A stretch of 64,000 nt of DNA from an uncultured Eubacteriales bacterium (lineage in GTDB: Bacteria; Bacillota; Clostridia; Oscillospirales; CAG-272), in contig CAKSLU010000007.1 in NCBI GenBank assembly GCA_934474225.1, positions 5,755 to 69,754 on the forward strand. The letters run 5' to 3'. The notes beneath the pieces were generated by a model. The model was not told where the DNA came from. It worked only from the letters and a program-made list of their open reading frames with translations, and did not search any database. Position numbers and translations under genes: made by a program. Shown here one piece after another: positions 50,890 through 59,475 of this stretch; positions within the stretch are counted from its first letter, which is position 1, and each line of letters opens with the position of its first letter.

Positions 50890-53724
50890 ATGGCAAAGGA
50901 TATCATCATCAAAGGCGCGCGGGTCAACAACCTCAAGAACATTGACCTCACGATTCCGCGCGACAAACTGACCGTGCTGACCGGCCTCTCGGGCAGCGGC
51001 AAATCCTCACTGGCGTTTGACACGCTCTACGCCGAGGGTCACCGCCGCTTTGTCGAGTCGCTGTCCTCCTACGCGCGGCAGTTCCTCGGGCAGATGGACA
51101 AGCCCGACGTCGACTCGATTGAGGGGCTGTCCCCCGCAATCGCCATCGACCAGAAGACCACCTCGAAAAACCCGCGCTCAACTGTGGGCACGGTCACCGA
51201 AATCTACGACTACCTGCGCCTCTTATACGCGCGCTGCGGCGTACCGCACTGCCCGGTCTGCGGCAAGGAAATCAAGCAGCAGACCGTGGACTCCATCATC
51301 GACAGCATCCTTGCGATGCCGGAAGGCACGCGCTTTATGGTGCTCGCCCCCATCGTGCGAAACGCCAAGGGCACGCACGAAAAGGTGCTTGCCGACGCGC
51401 GGCGCAGCGGCTATGCCCGCGTGCGCGTGGACGGCAGCCTCTACGACCTCACGGAGACCATTTCGCTTGACAAAAACCTCAAGCACACGGTCGAAATCGT
51501 GGTGGACCGCCTCATTTGCCGCCCCGACGCGCACACCCGCATCGGCGACTCGGTGGAGACCGCCGTCGCCCTGACCGACGGGCTTGTGCGCATCGTGACC
51601 GTGCCGCGCGAGGAAGGCACCGCCGAGGAGGAGCGCGACTATTCGCTCAAATACGCCTGCGAGGAACACGGCATCAGCTTCGGCGAGCTGGAACCCCGCA
51701 TGTTCTCGTTCAACGCGCCGGACGGCGCCTGCCCGCGCTGCGCGGGACTGGGCGCGCTGACCCGCGTCTCCGAGAAAAAGCTCATGCCCGACAAGAGCCT
51801 GTCCCTGCGCGAGGGCGGCATCGCCTGCAACGGGTTCAAGACGCTCGAGGAGGAGAGCTGGAACGGCCCGCTGATTGAAGCCGTGGGCAAAAAATTCGGC
51901 TTCACGATGGATTTGCCGCTGGAAAAATACACCCGCACTGCGATGAGCGCGCTGCTCTACGGCACGGGCAGGGAAACCTACACGATTACGCGCTATTTCG
52001 GCGGCACGGCGCACCACCAGACCACGACCTTTGAGGGCATCATCCCGATGATTGACCGCCGCCGCGAATCCTACGGGCAGGAATACTACGACAGCCTGCT
52101 TGAGGAGCAGGTCTGCCCCGAATGCGGCGGCGGCCGTCTGAACAAAATGATGCTGGCGGTCACGGTGGGCGGCAAGAACATCTACGAGCTTTGCCTGATG
52201 CCGATTGACAAGATGCTCGACTTTGTCACAAAACTGGAACTGGACAACGAGCACCGCCAGATTGCCGCCGAAATCGTCAAGGAGATCCGCGCGCGCCTCG
52301 GCTTTCTCGTCAGCGTGGGCCTCGAATACCTGAACCTCGCGCGCCGCGCGGGCACGCTCTCGGGCGGCGAGGCGCAGCGCATCCGCCTGGCGACGCAGAT
52401 TGGCTCGTCGCTCGTCGGCGTGCTCTACATCCTCGACGAGCCGAGCATCGGTCTGCACCAGCGCGACAACGACAAGCTGATTGCCACGCTGAAAAAGCTG
52501 CGCGACCTCGGCAACACGGTGGTCGTCGTCGAGCACGACGAGGACACCATGCGCGCCGCGGATTATCTCGTGGACATCGGCCCCGGCGCGGGCATCCACG
52601 GCGGCTACATCTGCGCGGCGGGCACGCCCGCCGAGGTGGCGAAGAACAAGAAGTCCATCACCGGCGACTACCTTGCCGGACGGCGGAAAATCGAAGTCCC
52701 CGCCGCCCGCAGACCGGGCAACGGCGCGTTTCTGACCGTGCACGGCGCGCGGGAGCACAACCTCAAAAACATTGATGTCACCTTCCCGCTCGGCAAGTTC
52801 ATCGCCGTCACCGGCGTCTCGGGCAGCGGCAAGTCCTCGCTTATCAATTCGGTGCTCTATGAGAGCCTCGCCGCCACGCTGAACCGCGCGGTCACCTTCC
52901 CCGGCGAGCACGACAGCATCGAAGGCGTCGGCGCGCTGGACAAGGTCATCGCCATCGACCAGAGCCCCATCGGGCGCACGCCGCGCTCCAACCCCGCGAC
53001 TTACACCGGCGTGTTCTCCGAGATTCGCGAGTTGTTTGCCAAGACCCGCGAGGCGAAGGCGCGCGGCTACAAGGCGGGGCGCTTCTCGTTCAACACCAAG
53101 GGCGGCAGATGCGAAGCCTGCGAGGGCGACGGCGTGAAGTGCATCGAGATGCACTTTCTGCCCGATGTGTATGTCAAGTGCGACGTCTGCGGCGGCAGAC
53201 GGTACAACCGCGAGACGCTCGAGGTGCACTACAAGGAAAAGAACATCTACGAGGTGCTGGAGATGACCGTGGAGGAGGGCGTCGAGTTCTTCTCGGGTGT
53301 CCCCTCGGTCAAGCGCAAGCTGCAGACGCTCTGCGATGTCGGGCTCGGCTATGTCAAAATCGGGCAGTCCTCCACCACGCTCTCGGGCGGCGAAGCGCAG
53401 CGCGTGAAGCTGGCGACCGAGCTTGCCCGCCGCTCCACCGGGCGCACGGTCTACATCCTCGATGAGCCGACCACGGGTCTGCACAGTGAGGATGTGGCAA
53501 AGCTGATTGCGGTGCTCAACCGCCTCGTGGACGCGGGCAACACCGTCATTGTCATCGAGCACAACCTCGACATGATCAAGGTTGCCGACCACATCATCGA
53601 CCTCGGCCCGGAGGGCGGCGAAGGCGGTGGCAGAATCGTCGCCGAAGGCACGCCCGAGGAAGTCGCCGAAGTCGAGGGGTCTTATACGGGGCAATATCTG
53701 CGGAGCAAGCTTGCAGAGAAGTGA
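50890..53724 (+). CDS. uvrA: excinuclease ABC subunit A
   Basis: 944 aa with two ABC modules (GLSGSGKSS and GVSGSGKSS), LSGGE signatures and CxxC zinc modules. Confidence 0.96.
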   Translation: MAKDIIIKGARVNNLKNIDLTIPRDKLTVLTGLSGSGKSSLAFDTLYAEGHRRFVESLSSYARQFLGQMDKPDVDSIEGLSPAIAIDQKTTSKNPRSTVGTVTEIYDYLRLLYARCGVPHCPVCGKEIKQQTVDSIIDSILAMPEGTRFMVLAPIVRNAKGTHEKVLADARRSGYARVRVDGSLYDLTETISLDKNLKHTVEIVVDRLICRPDAHTRIGDSVETAVALTDGLVRIVTVPREEGTAEEERDYSLKYACEEHGISFGELEPRMFSFNAPDGACPRCAGLGALTRVSEKKLMPDKSLSLREGGIACNGFKTLEEESWNGPLIEAVGKKFGFTMDLPLEKYTRTAMSALLYGTGRETYTITRYFGGTAHHQTTTFEGIIPMIDRRRESYGQEYYDSLLEEQVCPECGGGRLNKMMLAVTVGGKNIYELCLMPIDKMLDFVTKLELDNEHRQIAAEIVKEIRARLGFLVSVGLEYLNLARRAGTLSGGEAQRIRLATQIGSSLVGVLYILDEPSIGLHQRDNDKLIATLKKLRDLGNTVVVVEHDEDTMRAADYLVDIGPGAGIHGGYICAAGTPAEVAKNKKSITGDYLAGRRKIEVPAARRPGNGAFLTVHGAREHNLKNIDVTFPLGKFIAVTGVSGSGKSSLINSVLYESLAATLNRAVTFPGEHDSIEGVGALDKVIAIDQSPIGRTPRSNPATYTGVFSEIRELFAKTREAKARGYKAGRFSFNTKGGRCEACEGDGVKCIEMHFLPDVYVKCDVCGGRRYNRETLEVHYKEKNIYEVLEMTVEEGVEFFSGVPSVKRKLQTLCDVGLGYVKIGQSSTTLSGGEAQRVKLATELARRSTGRTVYILDEPTTGLHSEDVAKLIAVLNRLVDAGNTVIVIEHNLDMIKVADHIIDLGPEGGEGGGRIVAEGTPEEVAEVEGSYTGQYLRSKLAEK

Positions 53725-53747
53725 GGGAAGAAGAGGCAGTCCGCCTG

Positions 53748-53824
53748 CCGCTATTCCGTAGGGGCGACCATTGGTCGCCCGTCCGTACCTAAGCGTTAAG
53801 CGGGCGATGGGTGGTCGCCCCTAC
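53748..53824. repeat. REPIN-like hairpin; copy 1 of a 77-nt perfect direct repeat
   Basis: CCGCTATTCCGTAGGGGCGACCATTGGTCGCCCGTCCGTACCTAAGCGTTAAGCGGGCGATGGGTGGTCGCCCCTAC is identical to 54078-54154. Confidence 0.92.
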
Positions 53825-53843
53825 AAAGTCAGTGCGTGCTTTC

Positions 53844-54029
53844 GGCTCCCCTGTGTAAGGGGAGCTGTACGAGACGCAAAGCGTTTCTTAGGCTTCCCCA
53901 ATGGGGAAGCTGTCGCCGTAGGCGACTGATGAGGGATTGATGAAAGCCAAACACCGCGCCATGCTGTGCCGGCTGCCTGCATGCCCTCATCCACCGCTAA
54001 CGCGGTCCCCCTTCCCCACCGGGGAAGGC
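53844..54029 (+). repeat. Partial long-form 5' segment (53844-53890) fused to a full R1 subtype c (53891-54029)
   Basis: GGCTCCCCTGTGTAAGGGGAGCTGTACGAGACGCAAAGCGTTTCTTA, then GGCTTCCCCAATGGGGAAGC / GTCGCCGTAGGCGAC / GATGAGGG..CCCTCATC / CCGCTAACGCGG / CCTTCCCCACCGGGGAAGG. Confidence 0.88.
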
Positions 54030-54035
54030 TTGGTT

Positions 54036-54154
54036 GCGGCGGGAGCAAGCCCCCGCCCTACGGTGTGTACACATTTTCCGCTATTCCGTAGGGGCGACCA
54101 TTGGTCGCCCGTCCGTACCTAAGCGTTAAGCGGGCGATGGGTGGTCGCCCCTAC
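54036..54154. repeat. REP-like doublet; contains copy 2 of the 77-nt direct repeat
   Basis: GCGGCGGGAGCAAGCCCCCGCCCTAC (54036-54061), a 26-nt linker, then the REPIN-like hairpin at 54088-54154. Confidence 0.9.
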
Positions 54155-54181
54155 GGGTTTGTTCGACTTTTATGCAATCCG

Positions 54182-54289
54182 GTAGGGGGCATGGCGACCG
54201 GAACGCAAGCGTTCCTCAGGAGTTTTTCTTCGTCGGCTGAACACCGACGATTTCGCTACGCGAAACCGAAAAACATCCTCGACGACCCG
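54182..54289. repeat. REP unit interrupted by inserted hairpin plus module X
   Basis: GTAGGGG | GCATGGCGACC GGAACGCAAGCGTTCC .. module X (54219-54278) | TCGACGACCCG. The two outer parts equal the ends of the intact unit GTAGGGGTCGGCGCCCTCGACGACCCG. Confidence 0.8.
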
Positions 54290-54346
54290 TTTTGCCTTGG
54301 TGGATGCTGGGTTTGTGCGCGTTCCTGCCACATCCCCCATTCCACG

Positions 54347-54382
54347 CAAAAAGCCGCGCGCCAGCAGGCGCGCGGCTTTTTT
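54347..54382 (-). terminator. Rho-independent (bidirectional) terminator after the THUMP methyltransferase gene
   Basis: Hairpin AGCCGCGCGCC-(AGC)-GGCGCGCGGCT flanked by A5 and T6, adjacent to the stop codon at 54384. Confidence 0.8.
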
Positions 54383-54383
54383 C

Positions 54384-55514
54384 TCACCCCTCGGGGCGGT
54401 CAAACTTGAAATACTGGTAGAGATAGCACGGAATCATGCCGTTGTAGAGCTTGCGCACCTTGTCGGCGCGTCTGCCGTACAGCCGCTCAAACCGCTCACT
54501 GGAAGTCAGAATATAGACCTGCCAGGGTTCGAGCGAACGGAAATGCTGCCCCATGCGGGCATAGAGCCGCTCCACCTCGTCGGCGCTGCCCATGCGCTCG
54601 CCATACGGCGGGTTGCAGACGATCGTGCCGCGCCGCCCGCCCGTGCGGATGGTGCAGGCGTCGGCAACGAAGGTCTTGACCACATCCGAGACGCCCGCGC
54701 GCGCCGCATTGTCGGCGGCAAGTTGCACCATCTCGGGGTCGATGTCCGACGCATACGCCTCAAAAGCGGTCGGGCGGATCGCCGCCTTCGCCTCGGCGCG
54801 CGCCTCTGCCCAAAGCTCGGGCGGGGCGACGGCAAATTCCTCCGCGGCAAAGCGGCGGAACAGCCCGGGCGCCTGATTTTTCATAATCATCGCCGCCTCG
54901 ATGGCAATCGTGCCGCTGCCGCAGAACGGGTCCCACAGCAGCACATTCTCGCGCGGGCGGGAATTGAGCGCCAGCGCCGCCGCCAGCGTCTCGCGCAGGG
55001 GCGCAGCCCCCGCAATGGCGCGGTACCCGCGCTTGTGCAGCGGCACGCCCGATGTGTCAATCATCAGCGTGGCGACATCCTTCAGAATAAAGAATTCAAT
55101 CTGATATTTCGTCTTGCTCTCGGGGAACCAGCACATGCCGTACTCGTTGTCCAGCCGCTTGGCGACCGCCTTTTTCACGATGCTTTGGCAGTCGGGAATC
55201 GAGAACAGCTTGCTCTTCACCGCGTGCCCCTTGACCGGGAAGGCGTCCTCCCGCCCGATGAAGCGCTCCCATTCGATGGCTTTTGTCCCCTCAAACAGCT
55301 CGCCGAAGGTGCGCGCGCGAAAACTCCCCATCTTGATATACAGCCGCTCGGCGCAGCGCAGATTGATGTTGCAGCGGGCTATCGCCGCCTCGTCGCCGAT
55401 AAAGCTGACTCTGCCGTCAATCGTCTCGGTGCGGCGATAGCCGAGGCGGTCGATTTCCTCGCCGAGGAAATGCTCAAGCCCGAACAGGCAGGTTGCTACA
55501 AATTCGATAACCAT
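54384..55514 (-). CDS. THUMP-domain class I SAM-dependent RNA methyltransferase (RlmL/YpsC-like)
   Basis: 376 aa with an N-terminal THUMP region and methyltransferase motifs DPFCGSGT and NPPYG. Confidence 0.85.
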   Translation of the reverse strand: MVIEFVATCLFGLEHFLGEEIDRLGYRRTETIDGRVSFIGDEAAIARCNINLRCAERLYIKMGSFRARTFGELFEGTKAIEWERFIGREDAFPVKGHAVKSKLFSIPDCQSIVKKAVAKRLDNEYGMCWFPESKTKYQIEFFILKDVATLMIDTSGVPLHKRGYRAIAGAAPLRETLAAALALNSRPRENVLLWDPFCGSGTIAIEAAMIMKNQAPGLFRRFAAEEFAVAPPELWAEARAEAKAAIRPTAFEAYASDIDPEMVQLAADNAARAGVSDVVKTFVADACTIRTGGRRGTIVCNPPYGERMGSADEVERLYARMGQHFRSLEPWQVYILTSSERFERLYGRRADKVRKLYNGMIPCYLYQYFKFDRPEG

Positions 55515-55589
55515 TGTTTATGACGCCGCTCCGGCTTTCCGCATCTGCCGGCGACGGCGCACCCTCCAAACTTCCTCTTTTTTGCGGCA

Positions 55590-56036
55590 TTACGGCTTCT
55601 TGTTCAGCCGCTCCAACTCTTCCATAAAGGTCGCCACATCCTTAAACTCGCGGTACACCGAGGCGAAGCGCACATAGGAGACCGCGTCCAGCGCCTTGAG
55701 CTTGTCCATGATGATTTCGCCGATTTCGGTGGTCGTGATTTCGGCGCGCAGAGAGTTTTGCAGCTCGCTCTCGATCTCGCGGGCCAGTGCGGCGGTGTCC
55801 ACCGGGCGCTTCTGGCACGCCTTCATCAGCCCGCTCTCCAACTTCATGCGGTCGAAAAACTCCTTTGAGCCGTCCTTTTTGATGACGACAAGCTGCACCG
55901 AATCAATCACCTCATAGGTTGTGAAACGGCGGCGGCAGGACAGGCATTCGCGGCGACGGCGGATGCTCGTGTTGTCGCCGACGGGGCGGGAATCAATGAC
56001 CTTGCTCTCCGCAAAGCCGCAGTTGGGACATTTCAT
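55590..56036 (-). CDS. nrdR: transcriptional repressor NrdR
   Basis: Zinc ribbon MKCPNCG...[12 protein letters not shown] followed by an ATP-cone. ATG 56036 follows GGAG. Confidence 0.95.
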   Translation of the reverse strand: MKCPNCGFAESKVIDSRPVGDNTSIRRRRECLSCRRRFTTYEVIDSVQLVVIKKDGSKEFFDRMKLESGLMKACQKRPVDTAALAREIESELQNSLRAEITTTEIGEIIMDKLKALDAVSYVRFASVYREFKDVATFMEELERLNKKP

Positions 56037-56054
56037 GGAGTTTCTCCTATAAAA

Positions 56055-56070
56055 ACACAATATATAGTGT
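56055..56070. promoter_or_regulatory. NrdR box (16-bp palindrome) in the nrdR leader
   Basis: Minus strand reads ACACTATATATTGTGT, matching the NrdR-box consensus acaCwAtATaTwGtgt. A degenerate second box (56086-56101) starts 31 bp away, the canonical spacing. Confidence 0.7.
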
Positions 56071-56074
56071 TTTT

Positions 56075-56104
56075 ATTATAGCATAGTCCCTATATCCTTG
56101 TAAA
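56075..56104 (-). promoter_or_regulatory. Candidate SigA promoter of nrdR
   Basis: Minus strand reads TTTACA, 18 nt, then TG-C-TATAAT. The NrdR box lies just downstream of the -10 box. Confidence 0.55.
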
Positions 56105-56124
56105 TAGGAAATGCAAAAAAACTG

Positions 56125-56153
56125 TTGACAAATGCGCGCATCTGTGTTATAAT
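56125..56153 (+). promoter_or_regulatory. Consensus SigA promoter of tRNA-Pro
   Basis: TTGACA, 17 nt, then TG-T-TATAAT. The -10 box ends about 26 nt upstream of the tRNA 5' end. Confidence 0.8.
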
Positions 56154-56179
56154 AATCAGCGCTGAAAAGAAATCAGCAT

Positions 56180-56256
56180 CGGGATGTAGCACAGCTTGGT
56201 AGTGCGCTTGGTTCGGGACCAAGAGGTCGGGTGTTCGAATCACCTCATTCCGACCA
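56180..56256 (+). tRNA. tRNA-Pro (anticodon CGG), CCA encoded
   Basis: Manual cloverleaf: acceptor CGGGATG/CATTCCG, D arm GCAC/GTGC, anticodon stem CTTGG/CCAAG with loop TTCGGGA, T arm GGGTG-TTCGAAT-CACCT, discriminator A, then CCA. Confidence 0.9.
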
Positions 56257-56260
56257 AAAA

Positions 56261-56291
56261 AAGAAGACGCCGTGTGCGTCTTCTTTTTTTT
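56261..56291 (+). terminator. Rho-independent terminator after tRNA-Pro
   Basis: Hairpin GAAGACGC-CGTGT-GCGTCTTC followed by T8. Confidence 0.85.
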
Positions 56292-56308
56292 GCGTTCGGG
56301 GTGCTATG

Positions 56309-56439
56309 TGCTCCCCTGTGTAAGGGGAGCTGTCACCGTAGGTGACTGAGGGGTTGTTTTTTGCCTTTCAATCATCTTTTACCATGCAACAATCCCTCCG
56401 GCATGCTTTGCATGCCACCTCCCTTTACACAAGGGAGGC
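56309..56439 (+). repeat. R1 five-hairpin element, subtype a (enlarged H3 loop)
   Basis: TGCTCCCCTGTGTAAGGGGAGC / GTCACCGTAGGTGAC / GAGGGGTTGT..(about 38 nt)..ACAATCCCTC / GGCATGCTTTGCATGCC / CCTCCCTTTACACAAGGGAGG. Confidence 0.88.
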
Positions 56440-56443
56440 GAAT

Positions 56444-56469
56444 GCGGCGGGAGCGAGCCCCCGCCCTAC
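56444..56469 (-). repeat. Single REP-like unit
   Basis: The plus strand reads GCGGCGGGAGCGAGCCCCCGCCCTAC, followed by the usual GGTGTGTGCGC linker start. Confidence 0.85.
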
Positions 56470-56501
56470 GGTGTGTGCGCGAATTTTTGCCTCCCCGCAC
56501 G

Positions 56502-56529
56502 CAAAAACCGCCCTGCTGTGCAGGACGGT
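56502..56529 (-). terminator. Rho-independent terminator of the SLH surface protein gene
   Basis: Minus strand reads ACCGTCCTG-CACAG-CAGGGCGGT followed by T5, about 20 nt after the stop. Confidence 0.65.
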
Positions 56530-56548
56530 TTTTATCTTTACATTGCGG

Positions 56549-58879
56549 TCAGTTGCGGATGGGAACCAGGTCGCGGGCGACGATGTACTGCTTCTGTCCC
56601 GTGTAGTAGTTGATAACGGGGCAATAGGTGTACGGCATATTGTTGTTGATCTCCGGCTCGTCCATGTAGACGCCCAGACGCTTGCCGAGTGCCCAGATGA
56701 TGGTGCCCTCACGCGGCGTTGCGCCGACATTGGTGCCCATGACGGGCAGCGTCAGGAAGTCCGTTATATCATTGCCCTTCGCATCATCGAAATCAACCTG
56801 GCACCAGCCGATCTGATGCGCGTAAACACTGCGTTCCGCCACGGCAATCGCCTGCTCGATGGTGCACTTGTTGTTCGGCGAGAGCGTGGTGTCCGATGTG
56901 CCCTTGATGAGGTCAAGCGCGTTCATAAACGCCATGGATTCCTCTGCCCAACTTGCGAGCTGCCCCTTGTCCGTGTAATTGGACAGCTTCGAGGTGTAGC
57001 TCGTGTAGCTGTAGTCGGAGTTCTTCTCGATGTAGCGCAGGGTGCGGTAGAGGAAGGTCGCCATCTGCTGGCGGTTGAGCGTGGCATCGGGGGAGAAGGT
57101 GGTCGCCGATGTGCCGGAGGTGAGACCCGCGGCATACGCCTTGAGGACATAGGAATTGCTTGTGTCCGTGAAGGTATTCGCGGCGGCGGGAGTAATGCTC
57201 TTGCCGGTCATCTCCTCGGCGAGGCGCACCACCACGGAGCAGAACTGCAGGCGTGAGATGTTCTTCGTGTAGTCATTGCCGAGCAAATCAAGGTCCAGCA
57301 GGTTGTCGTTGAGCGCGAAGTTGACATCGCTCTGCGCCCAGGTGCTGGTCTTGGCGGTATTGCGGAGGCGAAGCGTGAACATGCCCGCCTGATCCTCGGT
57401 GCTGCTGAGCGCAAGCGTCTCCCGCATCTGCAGCGCGGCGTTGACCTCTGCCTGATAGTGTTCCAGTGTGCTGTCGTTGCCGCTGAGTTTGAGATCCTTC
57501 TCGGTCAGATGCTGCTGCAAATAGCGGTCGGATCTGCCGCAGACATCGCAGCTGAGCCAGTAGACATGCATACCCGCCGCATTGACGCCGACATACGCCT
57601 GATCGGTGGCAAGTTCGTCGTACAGCGTGGCGTGGGTAAACTCCATCAGCTTCTCAATCGGCTTTGCCTTGAAGTTTGCGGAGACATGATTCGGATTATA
57701 CTCGCATTTGCCGCAGATGCTGCAGGAGTAATACCACCGCGGAGCGGTCTGGCAGTTCGCAAAGGTGTAGACGCGGTCGGCAGACCGGATCTGATGAGTG
57801 TAGACATGCCCGGGGCACCAGTCCTTTGTGGCGGCAGCGCCGCCTGCCTTCTGTGCGGCATAGACATCATTGCCCGAATACACCTTGATGCTATAGGGAA
57901 TGGAATAACCGCGCCCCTCCGTCATTTTTTTCGCAAATTCAGCCACGGAGGACTCGGGGATGTACAAAGTCGCATCGGTCGTGCAGAACTGGAGGTCGCT
58001 GCGGCTTTCCCAAAGCGGCGAATGAAACACCGGGTCGTGCAGCTCACCGTCCATGCGACCGACGAAGGTGTAGACATCCACCTTGTCGCTCAGCCAGATC
58101 TCATTCAGATAGGGCTTCCACACAATGACCCAGGCAAAGCCGTTTGCGCATTCGTGGTTGTAGAAGTCGCTGTCGTCCACATCCATGATGAGCGTGCCGA
58201 CGTCGTCATATGCGTCGAGCGTGGCGAAGTTATAGCCCTCGCCGCGGTGTTCTCTGTCCATAACAACCACGGTTTTGCCCTTGTTTTCAGGATTTTTCGC
58301 ATCCGCCTCTGCCTGCGTGCGTGCCGGATAGACGGCGCGGCGCGCCTTAGCCAACGCGGCGGCGGTCTTCGCCTGCTCGGCGGCAAGCTCGGCGCGTTCT
58401 GTGTCGGTCATGCGCTCGCCCTCGATGGTCAGGCTGACCTGCAGGGTGGGAAAATACGGCGCGCTGGTGCGCACCGTGGCAGGTTTGCCGTTGACCGTGG
58501 CAGTGAAGGTTTCCGCCGTCACGACCGTGTCGCCCATGAGTGTCTTGTAGTTGGCGCAATAGCCCTTCGTCGTGTCAAAGGCGAGTTTGACATTGACGAG
58601 ATAGGTCGTGCCGGCGCGGAAGAGGAAGTCGTCCTCGGTCTCCACATCGTCGCCCGCCCACTCGGTGTACATAATGGTAGCACCGGCAGCCATCAAATCA
58701 ATGTCGCCGCTCTTGATGGAGCGGACAGTGACTTCGGTCTCCATTTCGCGGGAGTCGCCCGCCTTCGGCAAATCGAAGACAATATCGACATGCTTGAGCG
58801 GCGTTGCGGCAAACGCCGCCACGGACAAAAGGGCGGCAACAATCGCCGCGCAAAACAGGAAGGATAAGCGTTTCTTCAT
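56549..58879 (-). CDS. Secreted SLH-domain surface protein of unknown function
   Basis: 776 aa with signal peptide MKKRLSFLFCAAIVAALLSVAAFA and a central Cys-rich region (CQTAPRWYYSCSICGKCEYNPNH; SCDVCGRS). SLH-like repeats lie near the C-terminus (FTDTSNSYVLKAYAAGLTSG..F.P, YTDKGQLASWAEESMAFMNALDLIKG). Confidence 0.8.
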   Translation of the reverse strand: MKKRLSFLFCAAIVAALLSVAAFAATPLKHVDIVFDLPKAGDSREMETEVTVRSIKSGDIDLMAAGATIMYTEWAGDDVETEDDFLFRAGTTYLVNVKLAFDTTKGYCANYKTLMGDTVVTAETFTATVNGKPATVRTSAPYFPTLQVSLTIEGERMTDTERAELAAEQAKTAAALAKARRAVYPARTQAEADAKNPENKGKTVVVMDREHRGEGYNFATLDAYDDVGTLIMDVDDSDFYNHECANGFAWVIVWKPYLNEIWLSDKVDVYTFVGRMDGELHDPVFHSPLWESRSDLQFCTTDATLYIPESSVAEFAKKMTEGRGYSIPYSIKVYSGNDVYAAQKAGGAAATKDWCPGHVYTHQIRSADRVYTFANCQTAPRWYYSCSICGKCEYNPNHVSANFKAKPIEKLMEFTHATLYDELATDQAYVGVNAAGMHVYWLSCDVCGRSDRYLQQHLTEKDLKLSGNDSTLEHYQAEVNAALQMRETLALSSTEDQAGMFTLRLRNTAKTSTWAQSDVNFALNDNLLDLDLLGNDYTKNISRLQFCSVVVRLAEEMTGKSITPAAANTFTDTSNSYVLKAYAAGLTSGTSATTFSPDATLNRQQMATFLYRTLRYIEKNSDYSYTSYTSKLSNYTDKGQLASWAEESMAFMNALDLIKGTSDTTLSPNNKCTIEQAIAVAERSVYAHQIGWCQVDFDDAKGNDITDFLTLPVMGTNVGATPREGTIIWALGKRLGVYMDEPEINNNMPYTYCPVINYYTGQKQYIVARDLVPIRN

Positions 58880-58933
58880 GGCGTTTCCTCTTTTCTATGG
58901 TGCGCGCCCTCGATGAAGGGCATTTCTACCGTT

Positions 58934-58963
58934 ATTATACCGCCGATTCCCCGGGCGGCACAA
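58934..58963 (-). promoter_or_regulatory. Candidate SigA promoter of the SLH protein gene
   Basis: Minus strand reads TTGTGC, 18 nt, then TATAAT, about 55 nt upstream of the ATG. Confidence 0.4.
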
Positions 58964-59015
58964 GCCTTTTTGGGAAATTTTCTGCAAAAAGTGTGATGGG
59001 GTGGTTTCATCCGAT

Positions 59016-59165
59016 GTCTATTTTAGGCTTCCCCATTGGGGGAAGGCTTGGATGCGGGGGAGACAGACGGCGCCCTACGGTGTGTGCGCATCTTTCGCCA
59101 TTCTGTAGGGACCGGCGTCCCCGACGGTCCGATTTGCTTTGATGGGTGCGGACCGCCCCAGACGC
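59016..59165. repeat. Orphan c-type hairpin plus REP-like doublet with REPIN-like hairpin
   Basis: GGCTTCCCCATTGGGGGAAGGC (about 59016-59039). GCGGGGGAGACAGACGGCGCCCTAC (59044-59068), a 26-nt linker, then GTAGGGACCGGCGTCCCCGACGGTCCG..GCGGACCGCCCCAGACGCCGGTCCCTAC (59095-59165). Confidence 0.85.
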
Positions 59166-59193
59166 CGGTCCCTACAAAGTTTGTGCGTGATTT

Positions 59194-59427
59194 GGCTCCC
59201 CTGTGCAAGGGGTGAGCTGTACGAGACGCGATGCGTCTCGCGGAGTTTTTCTTCGTCGGCTGAACACCGACGATTTCGCGAGCGAAACCGAAAAACATCC
59301 CGGCGGTGACTGAGGGGTTGTTCCGTGCTTTTGTAACAATCCCTCCGGCGCGCGTGATGTTTCCCGCAAGGGAAACTCATTAGGAACGCTTGCGTTCCGG
59401 GCCACACTCCCTTTACACAAGGGAGGC
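59194..59427 (+). repeat. R1 long form (module X 59242-59300) with expanded H4 region
   Basis: The H1 / CGAGACGCGATGCGTCTCG / module X / H3 parts are canonical. H4 is replaced by GTTTCCCGCAAGGGAAAC plus GGAACGCTTGCGTTCC hairpins. H5 is CTCCCTTTACACAAGGGAGG. Confidence 0.88.
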
Positions 59428-59441
59428 TTATTACAACACAC

Positions 59442-59471
59442 AAAAAACAGCCGCAGGGGCGGCTGTTTTTT
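59442..59471 (-). terminator. Rho-independent terminator of the BMP-type ABC operon
   Basis: Hairpin ACAGCCGC-(4 nt)-GCGGCTGT flanked by A6 and T6, immediately after the last permease gene. Confidence 0.8.
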
Positions 59472-59475
59472 GGCT

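Noticed and set aside
53748-54289. Possible CRISPR array, suggested by the densely repeated short palindromic sequences.
   Set aside because: The repeats belong to several different families, appear in mixed orientation, are irregularly spaced and are not separated by unique spacers of constant length. No cas genes are present, and the same units are scattered through many intergenic regions.
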